Assembly: GCA_041674405.1 (NCBI GenBank)
Contig: JBAYVT010000001.1
Span: 30,001-62,000 of the forward strand
Reading direction: 5' to 3'
Length of the DNA: 32,000 nucleotides
Source: Patescibacteria group bacterium
GTDB lineage: Bacteria > Patescibacteriota > UBA1384 > XYA2-FULL-43-10
The number at the start of each line of letters is the position of its first letter. The stretch's first letter is position 1. The notes under the pieces were generated by a model. That model did not search any database. It was given only the letters and a program-made list of their open reading frames with translations, and was not told the origin of the DNA. A program made the position numbers and the translations under genes. Positions 1 through 7,810 of the stretch are shown piece by piece.

Positions 1-25
1 AATCATAAAACGGGAGATGATTTAG

Positions 26-1591
26 TTGGAAAAGATTACTTCGAAAAAAGTTTGTTTGATAATACTGGACGGCTGGGGTTTCTCGCTAAATCGCGCTGGA
101 AATGCAATTTTTTTAGCTGGCCCAAGGAACTTCGATAATTTATGGCAATCATATGGCCATGCAGTTCTATCGACTCATAGCAATTTACAGAAAAATAACG
201 ATGATAGTATTAATTCTCAAATTTGTTATACACAAATCTCGGCTGGTCGATTTGTTAAAAGCGAATCTCAAATCATTGCTGATGAATTTACGAGCGGAAA
301 TTTTTTAGAAAATGAGGTTTTAAACAACACATTTTTAAATGCAATTTCCCATGACTCAAACGTTCATTTTGTTTGTCCAATAGATGAAAGTGAATATTCC
401 CTGGAATATATATATGGCCTTCTAAAAATGGCATCATCGTATCAGGAGGTTTCTGTATATATCCACTTGGTAATTTCAAAGGATAACTCATACCAGGAAC
501 TTTACCAAGTCCTGGACAAGATAAAAGATTCTACCTCAAAGACCAGTAATTGCATCATTGCATCAATATTCGGAAGTGATTATTCAGCGTATGACATAAC
601 GGAATATTCAAAAATTCTTTCGGCCTACAATGCAATCATTTGGGGCGAAGGAAAACAATATTTTGAGATATCGCAAGTCCTAAAGTCCAACGAGGAAAAA
701 AATGTCAGACCCCACCAAATTGAGCCATCCATTATCGTAAACGATGGTAAAGCCGTAGGAATTTCATCAGATTTCGATAACTTTATATTTAGTTCAGTAA
801 CAGGTGAACCAGTCAAAATGCTTTTTATATCTCTGGCTAATGGTATAAAAAGCGTAAAATCACGCCGAAAATTTAATCTTAAGCTTATTCCGTTTGCTGA
901 TTATTTACACACTAAAAGTGTAAGTTGTGATCATGTATTCAAAAGTGTGGCAATATCGCCAAACTTATCGGAGATTATTAGTAAGTCTGGGATTGGTCAA
1001 TTTCACGTTGGGGAAAGCATAAATGAAGATGAAGTAAGTTTTTATTTTAATGGCAGGATATCAAATAATTTTCCTGAAGAAAAAATTATGATTGTCACGT
1101 CTTCTGAAAACTCTGCAAAGAACCATGGTTTGTCTTCGTCTTATATTGCCAAAGTAACGATTGACCAAATGATGAAGAACAAAGAGTGTTTTATTGTCGC
1201 CGGCTTTGCAAATGTTGATTATTTTGCTCATACTAAAGATGTGAGATCTACCGCCTTGGCAGTAGCCGCGCTTGATGATTGTTTAAAATTAATTTATGAC
1301 GCATCGATAAGAACAAACACAACTCTGGTGATTACGGGAAGTCACGGAAACGCGGAAAATATGGCAAGAAGTGCCAATTTAGATACGTTCTCGAAAAGTC
1401 CTGTTCCTTTCATTGTCGTTTCACCGGAAACGAGAAAAAACACAACCTCTCAATTCAGACAGGTAAATTTTTCAAGCATGATTTCTTTGAAACATTCAAT
1501 TTGTGATATTGCCCCAACAATTTTAAACATCATGGATATTAAAATTCCATCAGAGTTTTCCGGGAGAAGTCTTATAAATTATTTAGAATAG
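26..1591 (+). CDS. cofactor-independent phosphoglycerate mutase (iPGM, alkaline-phosphatase superfamily) homolog, strongly divergent
   Basis: TTG start. Collinear iPGM motifs LIILDGWG, INSQ..ISAGR, FANVDYFAHT, ITGSHGNAE and CDIAPTIL. Most substrate-binding Arg/His positions are substituted (see findings). Confidence 0.75.
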   Translation: MEKITSKKVCLIILDGWGFSLNRAGNAIFLAGPRNFDNLWQSYGHAVLSTHSNLQKNNDDSINSQICYTQISAGRFVKSESQIIADEFTSGNFLENEVLNNTFLNAISHDSNVHFVCPIDESEYSLEYIYGLLKMASSYQEVSVYIHLVISKDNSYQELYQVLDKIKDSTSKTSNCIIASIFGSDYSAYDITEYSKILSAYNAIIWGEGKQYFEISQVLKSNEEKNVRPHQIEPSIIVNDGKAVGISSDFDNFIFSSVTGEPVKMLFISLANGIKSVKSRRKFNLKLIPFADYLHTKSVSCDHVFKSVAISPNLSEIISKSGIGQFHVGESINEDEVSFYFNGRISNNFPEEKIMIVTSSENSAKNHGLSSSYIAKVTIDQMMKNKECFIVAGFANVDYFAHTKDVRSTALAVAALDDCLKLIYDASIRTNTTLVITGSHGNAENMARSANLDTFSKSPVPFIVVSPETRKNTTSQFRQVNFSSMISLKHSICDIAPTILNIMDIKIPSEFSGRSLINYLE

Positions 1592-1598
1592 AGGCACA

Positions 1599-2156
1599 AT
1601 GCAAACCACAATCGAAGTATCGGCTCGCCACATTCATCTTACTGCGGAAGATTTTGAAAAATTATTTGGAAAATCTGAAATGTCGATACGAAATAATTTA
1701 AGCCAAAAGGGTGAATTTGCCTCAAATGAAACCCTTGAGGTTGTTGGTCCCAAAAGCAGAATTGTTAAGGTTCGGGTTCTTGGCCCGTTTAGGGAAAAAT
1801 CACAATTGGAAATATCCAGGACTGATAGCGTATCCTTGGGAATAGATGCTCCCTATTTAGAATCTGGCGATGGAAACGGAGCTAGAATTAGAATTATAGG
1901 ATCTAAAGGTGAAATTATCGATAATATAGCTATTGTTGCCATGCGCCATATTCACTTATCTCCCCTAAATGCACAAAAAGCCGGAGTATCCGACGGGGAC
2001 TTTGTTTCGGTGAAAATATCTGGCGAAAGACAGACAACATTGGGTAAAATTATTGTGCGAATTGAGGATAATTTTTTGAACCACGTCCATCTTGACACGG
2101 ATGATGCCAATGCTTGCGGAATTGTTTCTGGCTTTCAAACCGAGATTATTAAATAA
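1599..2156 (+). CDS. pduL: phosphate acetyl/propanoyl-transferase, PduL type
   Basis: Two internal PduL half-domains, each with the RHIHL motif (VSARHIHLTAEDFEKLFG and VAMRHIHLSPLNAQKAG). About 185 aa. Sits directly upstream of ackA. Confidence 0.85.
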   Translation: MQTTIEVSARHIHLTAEDFEKLFGKSEMSIRNNLSQKGEFASNETLEVVGPKSRIVKVRVLGPFREKSQLEISRTDSVSLGIDAPYLESGDGNGARIRIIGSKGEIIDNIAIVAMRHIHLSPLNAQKAGVSDGDFVSVKISGERQTTLGKIIVRIEDNFLNHVHLDTDDANACGIVSGFQTEIIK

Positions 2157-2170
2157 AAACTGGAGCATAA

Positions 2171-3250
2171 ATGATTGCTGTCTTTAATCCGGGATCATCA
2201 TCATTAAAATATAAGGTTTTTGACCCCGATTCTAATTTTAGTGAAACTTTGAGTGGGTCGGTCAATAATATCGGTGACGATGACTTTGCTGATCATGCTG
2301 TGGCAGCAAAGTATTTGGCAAAAGAAATAAAAAATCATAAGGTTCATTTAAATGTTATTGCATATCGAATTGTGCATGGAGGCGGTTTGCTAGAAAATGG
2401 CGTCCAAGCTACGGAAAAAAATATCAAAATCCTTGAGAGTTTTTCTTCGCTTGCACCACTTCATAATCCGCCGGCAATTCTGACAATTAAATCGTGCGAG
2501 CCACTATTTGGCCACGCAAAACATCTGATGTTTTTCGATACTGATTTCTTTGCTGAGTTGCCAGATGAAGAAGCTACCTATCCCCTACCTTTAAATATAT
2601 CTTCAGATCTTAAAATCAGGCGTTTTGGATTTCATGGCATATCACATAAATATGCAATGAAAAAATCTGACCCACAAACCAAATCGAATATCATTACAAT
2701 TCATCTTGGGGCGGGGTGCTCGATTGCTGCAATTAAAAGAGGAAAACCAATCGCAACTTCGCTAGGTTTTACTCCAGACGAAGGATTAATGATGCAAACA
2801 CGCTCTGGTGATATTGATCCGGGAATAATTTTCTTTCTTATCGAAAAATATGGCATGGATCGTACCCGTGAAATAATTGAAAAAGAATCCGGACTTAGGG
2901 GCGTTAGTGGGACCGATGGCAACATGTTGAATGTTTTATATGCTGCTGGTTTGAAAATTGAAGATCCGGCATTTAAGCCAAAAATGATTAGAACCGAGAA
3001 AGGCATTAAGAACGCAAAATTTGCACTTGAGCTATATGTGAGAAGAATCCAAAAGTATGTAACGTATTACACATTTTTGCTCGGGAGTGTTGATAAGCTT
3101 ATTTTCACCGGCATGATTGGCGCGGGATCATCTGTGATTAGAAATATGATTGTTGAAAACTTTGATCGCCTACCAATTCATGAATATGAAGTTATAAAAC
3201 CCAACGAAGAACTTGCTATTGCCCTGGAGGCTTGTAAGAAAGAGTATTAA
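2171..3250 (+). CDS. ackA: acetate kinase (short, divergent)
   Basis: Motifs NPGSSSLKYKVF, YRIVHGG, APLHNPP, FFDTDF, RRFGFHGISH, TRSGDIDPG and a C-terminal PNEELAIA. 359 aa versus about 400 typical. Confidence 0.85.
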   Translation: MIAVFNPGSSSLKYKVFDPDSNFSETLSGSVNNIGDDDFADHAVAAKYLAKEIKNHKVHLNVIAYRIVHGGGLLENGVQATEKNIKILESFSSLAPLHNPPAILTIKSCEPLFGHAKHLMFFDTDFFAELPDEEATYPLPLNISSDLKIRRFGFHGISHKYAMKKSDPQTKSNIITIHLGAGCSIAAIKRGKPIATSLGFTPDEGLMMQTRSGDIDPGIIFFLIEKYGMDRTREIIEKESGLRGVSGTDGNMLNVLYAAGLKIEDPAFKPKMIRTEKGIKNAKFALELYVRRIQKYVTYYTFLLGSVDKLIFTGMIGAGSSVIRNMIVENFDRLPIHEYEVIKPNEELAIALEACKKEY

Positions 3251-3269
3251 TCGAATAAAATAAGAGTAC

Positions 3270-4310
3270 ATGTCGGAAACAAACAAAAAATTAGTAACAG
3301 GCAATGAAGCAGCTGTTCTCGGGGCAATCGCGGGAGGTGCTGAAATAATGTTTGGCTACCCAATAACGCCGGCAACGGAAATTTTACAAAACTGGGCAGC
3401 TAAATCTCTTGATAATTCATCTTTATCATATTTGCAAACTGAGGATGAGACCGCGGCCGGATTTTGTGTCAATGGGGCACTTCTGGCTGGAGTAAAGGCT
3501 TTTACTGCATCTGCCGGGCCCGGGCATATTCTCTTACAGGATCCGATCTCAATGGCAGAAATGGAGCGATTGCCTTTTGTTGGGATTATGATGCAGCGCG
3601 GCGGCCCGTCGACAGGGACTGTTAATTTTTCACAGCAGGAAGTAAATTTGGCTTCGTTTGGCGGAAACGGCGATGGCTTGCGTGTGGTTTATTCGGCTTC
3701 GAGCGTACATGAAATGTACACTTTGACAACAAAAGCATTTTCAACCGCATGGAAATTTCGCTTTCCAACTTTTGTGCTCGGTGATGGATATCTCGGCAAA
3801 ACTGAAATGTTAATAGAGCTTCCCAAGCTTTTAAAGCCAGTGCCAGCTTATAAAATTTTAAAAGAAAATGCAGCTGCTCCCACTTATCTTCGAAACTGCT
3901 ACTCCGATGAGGAATCCTTCGGTTCTGTCCTGGACGAAAACATTAAGGATTGGAAGAAATCAAAACATGCAATTGCTGAATCCGAATCTTATAAACTTTC
4001 CGGAATAAACGAATTAATCATTGCCCACGGAATTGTAGCCGAAGCTTGCAAAGATGCGATCGATAAAATGCTCACTCGTAACAAAAAAATCGGTTTGTGG
4101 AGGCCAATAACGCTAAATCCGATCGATTCCGCCTCATTAATTGCAGCAGCTAAAAAAGTCAGAAAAATTCACATTTTTGAATCAGCACTTAATCAATTTG
4201 CCCGAATTATCAAATACGAATTGGCTGGCCTAAAATTGGATATTATTGAGCACGGCAAACCCGCACGTGGATTTACTCCTGAGGAAATTATCGAGGAGAT
4301 TATGCAATGA
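3270..4310 (+). CDS. 2-oxoacid:ferredoxin oxidoreductase, alpha subunit
   Basis: N-terminal GNEAAVLGAIAGGAEIMFGYPITPATEI is typical of Por/Kor alpha. 4-nt overlap with the beta subunit gene. Confidence 0.85.
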   Translation: MSETNKKLVTGNEAAVLGAIAGGAEIMFGYPITPATEILQNWAAKSLDNSSLSYLQTEDETAAGFCVNGALLAGVKAFTASAGPGHILLQDPISMAEMERLPFVGIMMQRGGPSTGTVNFSQQEVNLASFGGNGDGLRVVYSASSVHEMYTLTTKAFSTAWKFRFPTFVLGDGYLGKTEMLIELPKLLKPVPAYKILKENAAAPTYLRNCYSDEESFGSVLDENIKDWKKSKHAIAESESYKLSGINELIIAHGIVAEACKDAIDKMLTRNKKIGLWRPITLNPIDSASLIAAAKKVRKIHIFESALNQFARIIKYELAGLKLDIIEHGKPARGFTPEEIIEEIMQ

Positions 4311-5032
4311 ATGAAATTATGCCAAAATGCTGGAATTGCAATACTAAACCGCACTTATTTTGTCCTGGTTGTGGGCATGGCATTACGTTAAAACACCTCG
4401 GATACGCAATCGACGAGATGGAAATTGCCAATAATGTTACTTTGGGCATAGATATAGGATGCTCACTTCTCTCCTGGAATTTCTTCAATTTTGATACTAT
4501 TCAGACTCATCACGGCAGAACAAACCCGACAATGGTCGGATACAAAATGGCAAACCCAAAGCGAGTTGCCATTGCTTACATGGGTGATGGCGGTGGTTAT
4601 GCGATAGGTTTACAATCCTTACTGCATGCAGCTTTTCGAAACGATCCAATTACTGTTATTTTGGTTAATAACGAAAACTATGCTATGACCGGCGGCCAAG
4701 TTGCGCCAACTACTGAAACTGGAATAGTAACAGCGACCACGCCAAAGGGTAAACCTGTATCATTTGGTCCCGGCTTTCATGGTCCCGAACTAGTCCGCTG
4801 TATCGCGAATGATAAAGCATTTGTCGCCCGTGTTTCTGTTTCCCAGCCGGAAATTATTAAGTTGACACTTAAAAAAGCGATTGAAAATCAAATTAAAAAC
4901 AAATTATTTTCTTTTGTTGAGGTTCTTTCCATCTGTCCGACAAACTGGAAAACCAATGCAAAGGAATCGTTTAATCGACTTTTGGATATGGAAAAATACT
5001 ACCATGTCGAAGAAATCAAACCGAATGAATAA
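4307..5032 (+). CDS. 2-oxoacid:ferredoxin oxidoreductase, beta (TPP-binding) subunit
   Basis: CPGCGHG cluster motif, GDGG TPP motif, NNENYAMTGGQ. Confidence 0.85.
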   Translation: MNEIMPKCWNCNTKPHLFCPGCGHGITLKHLGYAIDEMEIANNVTLGIDIGCSLLSWNFFNFDTIQTHHGRTNPTMVGYKMANPKRVAIAYMGDGGGYAIGLQSLLHAAFRNDPITVILVNNENYAMTGGQVAPTTETGIVTATTPKGKPVSFGPGFHGPELVRCIANDKAFVARVSVSQPEIIKLTLKKAIENQIKNKLFSFVEVLSICPTNWKTNAKESFNRLLDMEKYYHVEEIKPNE

Positions 5033-5843
5033 TAATTCGATAAAAATTATCCTCGCAGGTGAAGGTGGCCAAGGGGTTCAAACAATTGCTAAGGCATTGT
5101 TTAATGCTGCAATTTCTGCTAAATACAATGTTTCATACATTCCCTCTTTTGGTGTCGAACAGCGCGGTACGCCATCTGTGGCTTATATTACGCTGTCTCA
5201 CGGCCAAATACGTTATCCCCGTTTCGAATTTGCTGATGTGGCGCTTGTCATGGGAGAACGAGCAATGGATCGTGTAGCAGGGGTTATCAATCCGAATACG
5301 AAGCTGATTTTCGATACCTCAAACATGGACACAAAAAATTTAAAAAAGCCTTGGGTTAAACGGCTTGGCGTTCCGGCTACCAGATATGCTTTAGAAAAAT
5401 TTTCACCGAAATCATATAACGTATTAATGTATGGTGCTTTGTGCAAAGAGCTTGGTTTTGACCCAAAGATATCGTGGGATTCCATACATAGCATTTTGAA
5501 AGATAAATTTAAAACCAAGGAAATTGCAGAAATGAATCACGATGCGTTTTCTTTCGGTTATGAAATTGTCTTTGAACACAAGAATTTTTCCAAGCCAATC
5601 TATGAGACCAAAAAGACAGATAATATTTTTAGAAATGCCGAAAAGATCGCCACGATCTCGCCCGAAAGATGCAAGGGTTGTGGAATCTGCATAGAAAAAT
5701 GTCCAGTTAAGGCATTATCTTTTGGTGAAGATTTGGGTGTGTTCTCCACTCCGGTTCCAGATATTAACCTTGAAAAATGTATCGCTTGTGGCAATTGTCG
5801 ACGCTACTGTCCCGACGGGGCGATTAAAGTTGATAAAAAATAA
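5025..5843 (+). CDS. 2-oxoacid:ferredoxin oxidoreductase, gamma subunit fused to a C-terminal 2x[4Fe-4S] delta/ferredoxin domain
   Basis: IKIILAGEGGQGVQTIAKAL is a gamma-subunit signature. The C-terminus has CKGCGICIEKCP and CIACGNCRRYCP. The ATG at 5025 overlaps the beta stop as ATGAATAA. The ORF-track start at 4881 would overlap beta by 150 nt. Confidence 0.75.
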   Translation: MNNNSIKIILAGEGGQGVQTIAKALFNAAISAKYNVSYIPSFGVEQRGTPSVAYITLSHGQIRYPRFEFADVALVMGERAMDRVAGVINPNTKLIFDTSNMDTKNLKKPWVKRLGVPATRYALEKFSPKSYNVLMYGALCKELGFDPKISWDSIHSILKDKFKTKEIAEMNHDAFSFGYEIVFEHKNFSKPIYETKKTDNIFRNAEKIATISPERCKGCGICIEKCPVKALSFGEDLGVFSTPVPDINLEKCIACGNCRRYCPDGAIKVDKK

Positions 5844-5852
5844 ATTTAAAAT

Positions 5853-5890
5853 AAAAAATCTGCCTGAATCAAGGGCGGTTTTTTATTTTG
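5853..5890. terminator. bidirectional intrinsic terminator after the oxidoreductase operon and the tRNA-Ala unit
   Basis: AAAAAAT-CTGCC-tgaatcaag-GGCGG-TTTTTTATTTT. 5-bp stem with one G.U pair, an A-run upstream and a T-run downstream. Confidence 0.5.
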
Positions 5891-5966
5891 GTGGACCCGA
5901 TCAGACATTAGAACCCGTTTCACTCTTTCGAAACCCTCGGTTCCGAATAACCTCCTATACGGGCAA
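5889..5966 (-). pseudogene. degenerate tRNA-Ala-like duplicate (tRNA-like remnant or att-type scar)
   Basis: Its 3' 16 nt (CTGATCGGGTCCACCA) are identical to the tRNA-Ala 3' end, and 8 more flanking nt match 7 of 8. A GCCCGTA 5' motif sits at the same offset as in the tRNA. D, anticodon and T arms do not fold canonically. Confidence 0.35.
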
Positions 5967-6052
5967 CTCTTGTTTCCCGACCCCTTCCGGAGCTCAAGCC
6001 TTCTCTTTGGGGAGAACAAATTAAAATAGAGTCGCAAGGACTCATTTTATTC

Positions 6053-6129
6053 TGGTGGACCCGATCAGGCTTGAACTGACGACCTCCTCGATGCCATCGA
6101 GGCGCTCTAGCCAACTGAGCTACGGGCCC
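6053..6129 (-). tRNA. tRNA-Ala (anticodon GGC), CCA encoded
   Basis: Manual cloverleaf: GGGCCCG-TA-GCTC-AGTTGGCTA-GAGC-G-CCTCG-ATGGCAT-CGAGG-AGGTC-GTCAG-TTCAAGC-CTGAT-CGGGTCC-ACCA. The G3:U70 alanine identity pair is present. Confidence 0.95.
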
Positions 6130-6177
6130 AAAATTAACTAATAACTTAAAACTCAAAAGTTAAAACTGAACTAATTT

Positions 6178-6206
6178 ACTATACCTAATTACCAATAATT
6201 AATCAA
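6178..6206 (-). promoter_or_regulatory. sigma70-like promoter candidate for the tRNA-Ala unit
   Basis: Minus strand reads TTGATT-N17-TATAGT, with the -10 hexamer ending about 48 nt upstream of the tRNA 5' end. AT-rich background, so chance matches are possible. Confidence 0.35.
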
Positions 6207-6255
6207 TCCAGAGAGTATATTTCTGTGTTGATCAGTGCGAAAAATCAGAGAAATT

Positions 6256-6780
6256 TTATTCAATACAGCACTCAATTGCACGCTTTACGACCGCACCTAT
6301 TTTACCAAGAAAACCTTTGCCTTTTTCTTCGTGTCGATTGATTTTGGCATCTTCAATTTTAGAAATATTTTTGGAATCGACAATTTTCATATTTAGCGCC
6401 CAAAATAATGAGTACAGATCAAAGGCTTTTTCATAAAATTCTTCTGCCTGTTTGCGGTTTTTTTTGAGATTGACCTTATTTCCCACTTCGATAAGCCGCA
6501 TGGATGCTGCCAAAAGATGCTTTGAAAGGCACCAGATCTCGCCTTCGGGCTCTTTAACCAATTTTTGCATGACTTCTTTGCGTATCTCGCGAACTTCTTT
6601 TAGCATATCGAAATACTTTGTTTTGTTCGTTTTTTCAGCGGTAAAATAAAAATGTTCTTCGATTGAAACCAGGTTCATTACAGCAATTGAAAGATCTTCA
6701 TCAAGAGAAAGGTCAAAACCTTTTTCTTTTGACTCTTCTACTTTTTTGATTAACTTTTGAATTTCTTTGTCATTTGCCAT
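6256..6780 (-). CDS. hypothetical all-helical soluble protein ending in CCIE
   Basis: 174-aa ORF, 4 nt downstream of the membrane-protein gene. No motif I can assign. Confidence 0.6.
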   Translation of the reverse strand: MANDKEIQKLIKKVEESKEKGFDLSLDEDLSIAVMNLVSIEEHFYFTAEKTNKTKYFDMLKEVREIRKEVMQKLVKEPEGEIWCLSKHLLAASMRLIEVGNKVNLKKNRKQAEEFYEKAFDLYSLFWALNMKIVDSKNISKIEDAKINRHEEKGKGFLGKIGAVVKRAIECCIE

Positions 6781-6784
6781 AAAT

Positions 6785-7354
6785 TTATTTTATTACTTTT
6801 ATTTGAATAAGACCGTGTATCAGCAAACTGCCGATGAGGATATATCCGACCGGCATAGCAATTTTCTGGAACGGAAAGTATGAATGATTGTGGTTTTTTC
6901 GTTTTAACGTATTGTAATTTACCAGTGCTAGGACAAATAAAACGGACCCCGCTATCATTCCATCCAGCAATCGATCAATTCCCAAAAAAGTATTTTTAGG
7001 GTGTCCTATAATACCGGTGTAATAAAGCGGTAAGATTGTAATAAAATATAGTGCCAAAGCGGCTAGAGGATAAATATATCTTGGCTCGACTTTTTTTGAT
7101 TTCATCCAATTGAACATCCAGAAAGTAAGAGAAACCATGAGGGCGCCGATCCACATTCCGGTGATAAGATCATCGATCTTAAAATATCGAGAAAGCCCAA
7201 GCCCTGCAGCTACAGCAACAGTACAAACTGGGCAAAAAGCGCTAACAGCAGTAGGAACTAGCGCAATTATCCCAGCAATTGCGATTGCATAAAATTTTGA
7301 TGATCTTAGCTTCATAGGCAAAATAATCATATACAAAAATAATCCTGATTTCAA
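6785..7354 (-). CDS. hypothetical polytopic membrane protein with an intramembrane CPVC motif
   Basis: About five hydrophobic segments. CPVC sits within the first one (AVSAFCPVCTVAVAAGLGL). The true start may be an internal Met (MKLRSSKF). Confidence 0.6.
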   Translation of the reverse strand: MKSGLFLYMIILPMKLRSSKFYAIAIAGIIALVPTAVSAFCPVCTVAVAAGLGLSRYFKIDDLITGMWIGALMVSLTFWMFNWMKSKKVEPRYIYPLAALALYFITILPLYYTGIIGHPKNTFLGIDRLLDGMIAGSVLFVLALVNYNTLKRKNHNHSYFPFQKIAMPVGYILIGSLLIHGLIQIKVIK

Positions 7355-7490
7355 TAGAAATATCAGATTAAATTATAAATAAGCCGTCGAAATTGGTGTG
7401 TGATCTCTTGTATATCATTCTAAAGAAATTTTTAGGTTAGCTTGTTATGATCAAAACACTAAAAATTGAATAAAGGGTCGAAATAACAAA

Positions 7491-7515
7491 AGCAGGCCAT
7501 TGGCCCGCTTTTGTT
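7491..7515. terminator. orphan terminator-like hairpin
   Basis: AGCAGGCC-att-GGCCCGCT (7 of 8 bp) followed by TTTTGTTG, with an A-rich tract upstream. No annotated gene ends here on either strand. Confidence 0.35.
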
Positions 7516-7562
7516 GTATTTAGGCTTAAATTAGGGTAAATTATACTGGTATTTGGGCATTT

Positions 7563-7612
7563 AGTCCCGATGCGTGCCGATCGGGATTCCGAAAGTGTTG
7601 CTCTTCGGGACT
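7563..7612 (+). other. GC-rich stem structure in the putative tRNA-Val leader
   Basis: AGTCCCGA (7563-7570) is the exact reverse complement of TCGGGACT (7605-7612). An alternative inner hairpin is TCCCGAT-gcgtgccg-ATCGGGA. Confidence 0.4.
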
Positions 7613-7634
7613 CAAAGCGTAATTCTAAATATTT

Positions 7635-7709
7635 GGTCGCTTAACTCAGCGGTAGAGTGCTTCGTTCACATCGAAGAAGTCACTGGTTCGAATCCAGTAG
7701 CGACCACCA
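7635..7709 (+). tRNA. tRNA-Val (anticodon CAC), CCA encoded
   Basis: Manual cloverleaf: GGTCGCT-TA-ACTC-AGCGGTA-GAGT-G-CTTCG-TTCACAT-CGAAG-AAGTC-ACTGG-TTCGAAT-CCAGT-AGCGACC-ACCA. Confidence 0.95.
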
Positions 7710-7810
7710 GAACACTCTGATGAGGCCACCCCGACCAGTCGGGGTAATGCCCACCATTCGACTTTCGGTCTTCGCCTGAATCATATGATAAACCAAACTA
7801 ATATTCAATC

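Noticed and set aside
4881-5024. The 48-codon N-terminal extension of the OFOR gamma-delta ORF.
   Set aside because: It would overlap the beta subunit by 150 nt in another frame. The ATG at 5025 gives the canonical gamma N-terminus and an ATGAATAA stop/start overlap.
5967-6052. SRP (4.5S) RNA candidate, because UCCGGAAGG matches the helix 8 GGAA tetraloop region.
   Set aside because: The conserved 3' strand (GGAAGCAGCC, the AGCA of the symmetric loop) is absent; the sequence reads GGGGUCGGGAA. No extended 4.5S-like hairpin can be drawn.
5722-6156. ORFs 5722-6024 (+), 5846-6037 (-) and 5920-6156 (-).
   Set aside because: They run through the operon terminator, the tRNA-like remnant and tRNA-Ala itself. 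They have no SD and their composition is not protein-like.
7447-7473. An 8-codon mini-ORF (MIKTLKIE) as a leader peptide.
   Set aside because: It has no SD, no downstream regulated gene on that strand and no attenuator logic beyond the nearby hairpin.
7712-7765. Hammerhead ribozyme, suggested by CUGAUGAG right after tRNA-Val followed by a GC hairpin.
   Set aside because: No GAAAC follows the putative stem II (the sequence reads CACCA). No stem I/III pairing with a UH cleavage site could be found.
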